From the NCBI GenBank assembly GCA_963643465.1, contig CAVIJT010000004.1:94705-158704 (forward strand): DNA of 64,000 nt, in the 5' to 3' direction. The position numbers and the translations under genes were made by a program. Below, piece by piece: positions 58,264 to 64,000 of the stretch. The DNA comes from Lachnospiraceae bacterium. Its GTDB lineage: Bacteria; Bacillota; Clostridia; Lachnospirales; Lachnospiraceae. The notes below the pieces were generated by a model. The model was not told the DNA's origin. It saw only the letters and a list, made by a program, of their open reading frames with translations, and did no database searches. Position 1 is the first letter of the stretch. The number at the start of each line of letters is the position of its first letter.

Positions 58264-59136
58264 ATGAAACACTTTTTTGTTATCTCCAATGAAAGTAAAG
58301 ATAAAGATTTGCAGACTGCCAATCGAATCAAAGAATATTTGGAACAAAAGCAGTGCGTGTGTAAAGTGGCAACCGATTATGGAGGAGACAGTGCAAAAGC
58401 GTTTTCCACAGATATAAGCGAAATTCCGGAAGAGACGGAGTGTATTATTGTACTTGGTGGGGATGGAACGTTACTTCAGGCGGCTAACGATGTATGCAAA
58501 CGGAATTTGCCAATGTTTGGTGTTAATATGGGAACACTTGGCTTTTTAACGGATATTGAGAAACATCAGATATACGGAGCCTTAGATTTGTTGCAAAAAG
58601 ATGAATATAAGATTGAAGAACGTATGCTTTTAGAAAGTAGTTATCGCAATGAAGCAGGAGAACAGGTAACAAAGATTGCATTGAATGATGTAGTAATTAA
58701 TAAAGGGCGTTTTTATCATTTGGTCAGTGTGAAGATTTATATTAACAATGAGCTTTTGGATCAATATATTGCTGATGGAGTGATTGTTTCTTCTCCAACA
58801 GGCTCTACAGGATATAATTTGTCTGCAGGAGGACCAGTGATGTTGCCTACTATGGATGGAATCATCATTACGCCAATTTGTCCTCATTCTTTGAATAATC
58901 GGAGTCTGGTTGTCTCTTCGGAGGATGAGATTGTATTAGAGTTTGGACCAGTGAGAAATGAGCAGGAGGATGAGGCCATTTTAGTTGTAGATGGTATGGT
59001 TCAAAAATCCCTGCACAACGGAGAACGTATTTGCATTCGCAAAGCGGAAGAAAAAACAAAGCTAATAAAAATCGGAAAGACCAGTTTTTTTGAAGTGTTC
59101 CATGAGAAGTTAGGAATGGGACAAGACAACAATTAG
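58264..59136 (+). CDS. nadK: NAD(+) kinase
   Basis: GGDGTLL, NMGTLGFL and STGSTGYNLSAGGP motifs. Confidence 0.9.
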   Translation: MKHFFVISNESKDKDLQTANRIKEYLEQKQCVCKVATDYGGDSAKAFSTDISEIPEETECIIVLGGDGTLLQAANDVCKRNLPMFGVNMGTLGFLTDIEKHQIYGALDLLQKDEYKIEERMLLESSYRNEAGEQVTKIALNDVVINKGRFYHLVSVKIYINNELLDQYIADGVIVSSPTGSTGYNLSAGGPVMLPTMDGIIITPICPHSLNNRSLVVSSEDEIVLEFGPVRNEQEDEAILVVDGMVQKSLHNGERICIRKAEEKTKLIKIGKTSFFEVFHEKLGMGQDNN

Positions 59137-59148
59137 AAAGAGGAAGTT

Positions 59149-59601
59149 ATGAAAGTTAAACGACATGCAGAAATTATTGAATTAATCAATAAATACGAGA
59201 TTGATACTCAGGAAGAATTGACAAAGCGTCTTCAGGATGCCGGATTTAAAGTAACACAGGCAACGGTTTCCAGAGACATTCGGGAATTAAAATTAACAAA
59301 AGTTGCCGGAGATAATGGAAAACAGAAATATGTTGTTTTACAGAATAAAGAATCGGATTTATATGATAAATATGTGCAGGTGCTAAAAACGGGATTTTTG
59401 TCTATGGATAAAGCCCAAAATATTCTTGTGATTAAAACGGTGGCAGGAATGGCAATGGCAGTGGCGGCTGCTTTGGATGAACTCCACATTAGTGGGATAG
59501 TAGGTTCCATTGCAGGAGATGACACGATTATGTGTGCAGTGAGAGATAATGAGGAAATCGTTCGAGTGATGGAACAAATTAAGAAACTGGTAAACGAATA
59601 A
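59149..59601 (+). CDS. argR: Arginine repressor
   Basis: MKVKRHAEIIELINKYEIDTQEELTKRLQDAGFKVTQATVSRDIRELKL wHTH, and C-terminal GSIAGDDTI motif. Confidence 0.95.
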   Translation: MKVKRHAEIIELINKYEIDTQEELTKRLQDAGFKVTQATVSRDIRELKLTKVAGDNGKQKYVVLQNKESDLYDKYVQVLKTGFLSMDKAQNILVIKTVAGMAMAVAAALDELHISGIVGSIAGDDTIMCAVRDNEEIVRVMEQIKKLVNE

Positions 59602-59659
59602 TTACGGAATGAAAGAATAATAAAGGAATAACTGGTGTACATAGAATTGGGAAAGCCAC

Positions 59660-59688
59660 TTGTCATGGTGAAAAAATAATGGTAGAAT
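59660..59688 (+). promoter_or_regulatory. Candidate sigma-A promoter for the yebC-like gene
   Basis: TTGTCA (59660-59665), 17 nt spacer, TAGAAT (59683-59688), with TGg extended -10. Confidence 0.55.
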
Positions 59689-59804
59689 ATAAAGCGACGC
59701 GTTTTGACGCACGTAGAGGTACGAGAGGATATATCTGTTAGCAGGTATATCTATATAATAAAAAGACCAAGCTGTTATGATAGGCTTGGGAAATGGAGGA
59801 AATT

Positions 59805-60545
59805 ATGTCAGGACATTCAAAATTTGCCAATATTAAACACAAAAAAGAGAAGAACGATGCTGCAAAGGGTAAGATTTTTACTATTATCGGAAGAGAAATT
59901 GCAGTTGCTGTAAAAGAGGGCGGACCTGATCCAGCCAATAACAGTAGACTTCGTGATGTAATTGCAAAAGCAAAAGCGAACAACATGCCAAATGATACAA
60001 TTGATAGAGGTATCAAAAAGGCAGCAGGAGATGCAAACTCTGTAAATTATGAGCAGGTTACTTATGAAGGATATGGTCCAAATGGAACTGCTATTATTGT
60101 AGTTGCTTTGACAGACAACAAGAACAGAACTGCATCCAACGTGAGAAATGCTTTCACAAAGGGAAATGGTAACGTGGGTACACAGGGATGTGTTTCTTAT
60201 ATGTTTGATGAAAAGGGTCAGATTATTGTTGACAAGGAAGAGTGTGATATGGCAGCAGATGACCTTATGATGATTGCCTTAGATGCAGGCGCAGAAGACT
60301 TTGTGGAGGAAGATGACAGCTTTGAAGTGTTGACAACACCAGAAGACTTTAGTGTAGTTCGCGAGGCATTAGAAAAAGAAGGAATTAAGATGGTACAGGC
60401 AGAAGTAACCAGAATTCCTCAAACATATGTAACCTTGTCTGACGAAGCAGATCTTAAGAGCATTCAAAAGACATTGGATTTATTAGATGAAGATGATGAC
60501 GTTCAGCAGGTATATCATAACTGGGATATGCCAGATGAGGATTAA
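59805..60545 (+). CDS. yebC: YebC/PmpR-family DNA-binding regulatory protein
   Basis: [26 protein letters not shown] start. About 246 aa. GGAGG RBS. Confidence 0.9.
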   Translation: MSGHSKFANIKHKKEKNDAAKGKIFTIIGREIAVAVKEGGPDPANNSRLRDVIAKAKANNMPNDTIDRGIKKAAGDANSVNYEQVTYEGYGPNGTAIIVVALTDNKNRTASNVRNAFTKGNGNVGTQGCVSYMFDEKGQIIVDKEECDMAADDLMMIALDAGAEDFVEEDDSFEVLTTPEDFSVVREALEKEGIKMVQAEVTRIPQTYVTLSDEADLKSIQKTLDLLDEDDDVQQVYHNWDMPDED

Positions 60546-60553
60546 TAGTAAGG

Positions 60554-60582
60554 AAAAGAGTTGGTTATGCCAGCTCTTTTTT
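60554..60582 (+). terminator. Rho-independent terminator after yebC
   Basis: gagttgg (60558-60564) pairs with ccagctc (60570-60576), followed by TTTTTT. Confidence 0.75.
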
Positions 60583-60740
60583 ATCTTATAGGGAAATATG
60601 TCCTTTAAGATAAAAGCCCTCTGGGCAGAATGCGCACGAATTTGTATGGAAGATGTACTGCGTACCAAATTCGGCGCGGCAAAGTGTGCAAGCACATTGG
60701 GAAAGTGTAACGTGGCAGAGTGTGCTTGCACGCTTTGTTC
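60583..60740. repeat. GC-rich intergenic element, copy D (expanded composite with two long hairpins)
   Basis: Its ends match copy B. Internally, hairpin H1 spans 60632-60677 (12 bp plus an inner 4 bp). Hairpin H2 spans 60680-60737 (16 bp stem caaagtgtgcaagcac / gtgcttgcacgctttg, 26 nt loop). Confidence 0.75.
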
Positions 60741-60793
60741 CTTTTTATGGGAAAGTTCGTGGGGAGATTTGTTGGGATTTGCTATAAGTTTAC

Positions 60794-60846
60794 GGCGGAG
60801 AAGTGTCGATAAGTTTAGAAAGACATTTTTGCGCCTTTTTTGTTGT
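60794..60846 (+). terminator. Rho-independent terminator inside the yebC to Big_2 spacer
   Basis: ggcggagaagtgtc (60794-60807) pairs with gacatttttgcgcc (60822-60835). 14 positions, 1 mismatch, 2 G-U pairs. Followed by TTTTTTG. Confidence 0.6.
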
Positions 60847-60934
60847 AGTATATAGGAGAATTATGGGAAATTTACAGTTCTTATGGGAGTATGCGGCAAT
60901 GAAAAAACGCTGTGCATAAAGAGGAGGAGATATT

Positions 60935-63900
60935 ATGGTTACAAAGTTTAGGAAACTATTAGAAAGGAAGAAGATACCTATCTACATTGTGCTTATTGGT
61001 ATAGTGATGATAGGGCTGCTTGCGGTGAAATGGGGAATGACCTCGGAGGCAGAAGATGGAACCACCACAGGAAGTTCAGGCTATTATTTTCGTATAGGTA
61101 GTGAAACCTATCAGAATAATGGAAAATATGAATTAAAGACAGCAAGTGCGCAGATTAGTATTGAGGGTATCAAGCCTTCAACTGATGTAACTTGGACATT
61201 AGATGCCAATACTGCCAATTATGTAACATATGAGAATGGCAATATACAGGTGAATGCTCAGTCAGCAACAATTGTTCCAAAAGACATTTGTACTGATCCA
61301 GCAATAGAGCCAGCTATTATTGCCGAATTTTTAGATGAAAACAATGAAAAGGTTACATTAAAACTAGGAGTAGAGGTTGTTCTTCGTATTGATGATTCCG
61401 ATGGAGCTTATTTTCGACAGGCATTAGAAACGGATACACAAAAATCATTGTTTCTTACAACATCTACTGTTTCTGGTACAGGAATTGGAAGAAATTCTAC
61501 CGTGACACTTGGAACATTTCTACCAAACACGAGTAATATAACATATTCTTGGGAAAGTGAGAATACGGATGTTTTAACGATTGATTCTACCACAGGATTT
61601 GTCACTGCGACGGGTGCCGGAAAGACTAGAATTAGTGTTACGGCAGGTAAGCAGACAGCCATTATTGATGCGTATGTATTACCTAAAGTCGTAAAGATAA
61701 GTGAAAATACAGAGGAAGAGTTAAAGAATACAGAAGCTGCTGGAAATACAGATATTGCTGTTAATACAGGAGATGTGTTGACTACAAATGTGAACTTGAA
61801 AACTTCAGAAAGATTAACAGATAAAATATCATGGTCAATTCAAAAGGACAGTACCAGTGGAGAGATTATTGCAGATTCTAAAGGGAAAACTTCCAGCCTT
61901 ATTTCTTTGGTACAGGGAGAAATGGGAGAAAATAAAATTACTGTAAAAGCCAAAGCCGGAACTTATGTATTAAAAGTATATCCTACAACGGATTATGAAG
62001 CATGGTATGAGGGTAGTGATGCGACCAATCAACAGTTTGCTGTGAAACCGACTAGCATAACATTGACTATATATCCAGAGTATACTGCAAAAAGCGTTAA
62101 TATGAATGTAGGTGATCAGTTTAATTTACTTGATGCACTGAATATTACAAGTGATAATATTTCTTATTATGAAGTTTCCTTAGGTAAAGGATTAGATGGT
62201 ACAGATACGAATCGTAAATCATTATCAAAAGACAACAATGAGTATTTTTCTGTAGATAATAATTATGTGATAACTGCCAAAAAGGAAACGGCAGATAACG
62301 AGTATGTGCAGGTGGATATTGAAACAACAGGAATACCATTTGAAAAGACCAATACAAAAAAGATTACGCTATATTTTCGAATTATAGATACTGTCTTGTT
62401 AAATGTTACGGATGTTTCTTTAAATTTGGGAGACACCATGGATTTGTCTACTGCGCTATCTACCATTGGTACATTAGGAAATTACTATGCGTCGGAAGAC
62501 TATCAGTGGAGTAGTAGTAATGACAAGTATGTTTCTGTGGATGAAAGAGGTCTGATTACCGGATTGCAGTATACAAGTAGTTTATCTGGTGGCTGTGTAG
62601 TGATTACTGTTAAATTGAAAATGCCAAGTGGAATCACGAAAGTTTCTACCTGTAATGTATATGTAAAGAAAACAATCACTAAAATTGTACTGGATCGTTC
62701 CGAAATAGAATTGATTGCAGGTGGTAATACAGAAATTTTGACAGCTACTTTTGACACAACCATAGAGAATACAAAGATTCATTGGCTTTCCAGTGATGAG
62801 AAGCAGACTTATGTGCAGATGGAACAACTTACGGATACTACAGTAAGTTTAAAAGGTGTTTCGCCAGGTTCCGCAGTCATTACTGTATTAAACGAAGAAA
62901 ATATGGTTACGGCTATTTGTAAAGTAACAGTAGTTCGTAAAGTAAATACCATTACTATTCCTGAACAGGTGTCTGTAAACATAAATCGAGGATATGTGAA
63001 ATTGGATGCAACTTTGAGTCCGGCAGATGCCAGTGATACTTCATTAGTTTGGAAATCTTCCAACAAAGCAGTTGCAGATGTAGAAGATGAAACTGGGTTG
63101 TTTAAATTAATAAGTCCGGGAAAAGCTACTATTTCTGTATGGTATAAAAATGATCCTACAGTAAGTGCGTTGTGTCAGTTGACAGTAGTAGCTGGTTCAG
63201 ATAGCATAACCATTGATAAAAAGGCATCGGTAGATGTAGGGCAGAAGTTGACACTGAACTCCATTATTACACCAGTTACAGCGGAGACAAATATATATTG
63301 GTACTCTACAAATGAGAATATTGCTAAGGTAGATCAAAAAACTGGTGAAATTACTGGTGTTGCAGTAGGAACTACATATATTATTGCAGTGACGGATGAA
63401 GGTCATACGGATAAGTGTGAGTTGACAGTTACACAAAAAGCAACGGGAATTGCGTTCCCACAGGAAACAATTACAGTAGCAAAAGGCTCTACATTAGCAT
63501 TAGCTTATGAATTGACACCAAAGGATGCGACTGTTACTCCAACATGGAAGAGTTTTGATGAAAGTATTGTAGTAGTGGATGCAGATGGTGTGATTACTGC
63601 AAAGGAAGTTGGAGAGACTTATGTGACAGTTACCATACCGGAAGGATATACAGCCACCCTTCAAATCAAAGTTATTGATAAATCTACAGGAATACAATTA
63701 AGTCAAAAAGAATATGACGCTATAGTAGGAACTACTACTTTGATAGGATATACATTGACCCCAGCTAATGCAACCACTACATTAACATGGACTTCTTTGG
63801 ATGAAAATATTGCTACAGTCAATAATGGAGTGGTTACTGGTGTAAATGTGGGAAGTACATACATTGTAGTAACCAGTGCCGATGGATATTCTGCTACATG

Positions 63901-64000
63901 TAAGGTAAATGTTTCTCAATTTGCTACTGGTATTACATTAGAAAGTTCACAGTACGTAATAGAGATGGGAAATACCCAGAAGATTGGTTATACCTTTACC
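60935..64000 (+). CDS. Very large cell-surface protein made of tandem Big_2 (bacterial Ig-like) domains, 5' part only (it runs off the window)
   Basis: GAGGAGGAG RBS. N-terminal anchor/signal IPIYIVLIGIVMIGLLAV. My hand translation found no stop through 64000 (1022 codons). There are repeated roughly 85-90 aa units of the type ...LTPxDATxxxxxWxSSDExIAxVDxxGxITGxxxGxTxIxV.... The ORF track omits it, presumably because no stop codon falls inside the window. Confidence 0.8.
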   Translation, partial: MVTKFRKLLERKKIPIYIVLIGIVMIGLLAVKWGMTSEAEDGTTTGSSGYYFRIGSETYQNNGKYELKTASAQISIEGIKPSTDVTWTLDANTANYVTYENGNIQVNAQSATIVPKDICTDPAIEPAIIAEFLDENNEKVTLKLGVEVVLRIDDSDGAYFRQALETDTQKSLFLTTSTVSGTGIGRNSTVTLGTFLPNTSNITYSWESENTDVLTIDSTTGFVTATGAGKTRISVTAGKQTAIIDAYVLPKVVKISENTEEELKNTEAAGNTDIAVNTGDVLTTNVNLKTSERLTDKISWSIQKDSTSGEIIADSKGKTSSLISLVQGEMGENKITVKAKAGTYVLKVYPTTDYEAWYEGSDATNQQFAVKPTSITLTIYPEYTAKSVNMNVGDQFNLLDALNITSDNISYYEVSLGKGLDGTDTNRKSLSKDNNEYFSVDNNYVITAKKETADNEYVQVDIETTGIPFEKTNTKKITLYFRIIDTVLLNVTDVSLNLGDTMDLSTALSTIGTLGNYYASEDYQWSSSNDKYVSVDERGLITGLQYTSSLSGGCVVITVKLKMPSGITKVSTCNVYVKKTITKIVLDRSEIELIAGGNTEILTATFDTTIENTKIHWLSSDEKQTYVQMEQLTDTTVSLKGVSPGSAVITVLNEENMVTAICKVTVVRKVNTITIPEQVSVNINRGYVKLDATLSPADASDTSLVWKSSNKAVADVEDETGLFKLISPGKATISVWYKNDPTVSALCQLTVVAGSDSITIDKKASVDVGQKLTLNSIITPVTAETNIYWYSTNENIAKVDQKTGEITGVAVGTTYIIAVTDEGHTDKCELTVTQKATGIAFPQETITVAKGSTLALAYELTPKDATVTPTWKSFDESIVVVDADGVITAKEVGETYVTVTIPEGYTATLQIKVIDKSTGIQLSQKEYDAIVGTTTLIGYTLTPANATTTLTWTSLDENIATVNNGVVTGVNVGSTYIVVTSADGYSATCKVNVSQFATGITLESSQYVIEMGNTQKIGYTFT

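Noticed and set aside
60598-60855. 85 aa Cys-rich ORF (…KALWAECARICM…KCASTLGKCNVAECACTLCS…) that superficially resembles a RiPP or bacteriocin precursor
   Set aside because: The ATG sits 3 nt after a weak AGGGA. The frame runs straight through two long hairpins and an intrinsic terminator. The Cys codons (tgc/tgt) come from the palindromic gtgca/tgcac repeat words. The paralogous copy B lacks the ORF. No modification, transport or immunity genes are nearby.
60583-60934. A c-di-GMP riboswitch (GEMM-I or -II) upstream of the surface protein gene, as seen for some clostridial adhesins
   Set aside because: I could not find the conserved GEMM-I (GGCAAACC...GGACGCAAAGCC) or GEMM-II (…GCAACCGACC…) cores as I remember them. 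Only a vague ggcaaag resemblance exists. A covariance-model scan is still needed to be sure.
61408-63697. Several 60-90 aa minus-strand ORFs
   Set aside because: All lie antisense within the long uninterrupted Big_2 reading frame.
1-64000. Search for CRISPR arrays, IS elements or transposases, integrases, prophage genes, toxin-antitoxin pairs, restriction-modification systems or other defence systems
   Set aside because: None of the translated ORFs shows the corresponding motifs, and I saw no regularly spaced direct repeats. The window reads as conserved core chromosome.

Overview
This 64 kb window looks like chromosomal core sequence from a low-GC, endospore-forming Firmicute. It is Clostridia-like, possibly Lachnospiraceae; that assignment is inference from gene content and protein style only. 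Coding density is very high, with about 65 genes, mostly on the + strand.

Main content:
- **Sporulation:** a complete spoIIIAA-AH operon, ylbJ, a SpoIID-like protein and a SpoVB-like flippase.
- **Histidine genes:** hisH-hisF-(ung)-hisZ-hisG-hisD.
- **Fe-S / tRNA thiolation:** an Rrf2(CymR/IscR)-nifS-nifU-mnmA operon.
- **A housekeeping block** that follows the B. subtilis yqh/yqi gene order: pepP-efp ... spoIIIA-asp23-nusB-xseAB-ispA-dxs-tlyA-nadK-argR.
- **Also present:** rsmD-coaD, ligA, metA, rluF, hydF, aroK/aroE, cheV, a GGDEF cyclase, an ECF sigma/anti-sigma pair and one tRNA-Arg(CCG).

I found no rRNA, CRISPR array, transposase, integrase, phage genes or recognisable defence genes. 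I therefore cannot point to an obvious novel island.

The features most worth follow-up are:
1. A family of GC-rich palindromic intergenic elements that sit just after intrinsic terminators (4 copies). One copy is expanded into a roughly 260 nt structured unit with its own terminator, upstream of a giant Big_2 surface protein gene.
2. A conserved radical SAM / DUF2344 / RNase G module of unknown function.
3. A roughly 1400 aa self-contained activase-dehydratase fusion, divergently paired with an unusual AAA+ protein.
4. A zinc-ribbon, hyper-acidic membrane protein.
5. A synteny break after argR.

All functional calls rest on my reading of motifs in the supplied translations. No database search was run.
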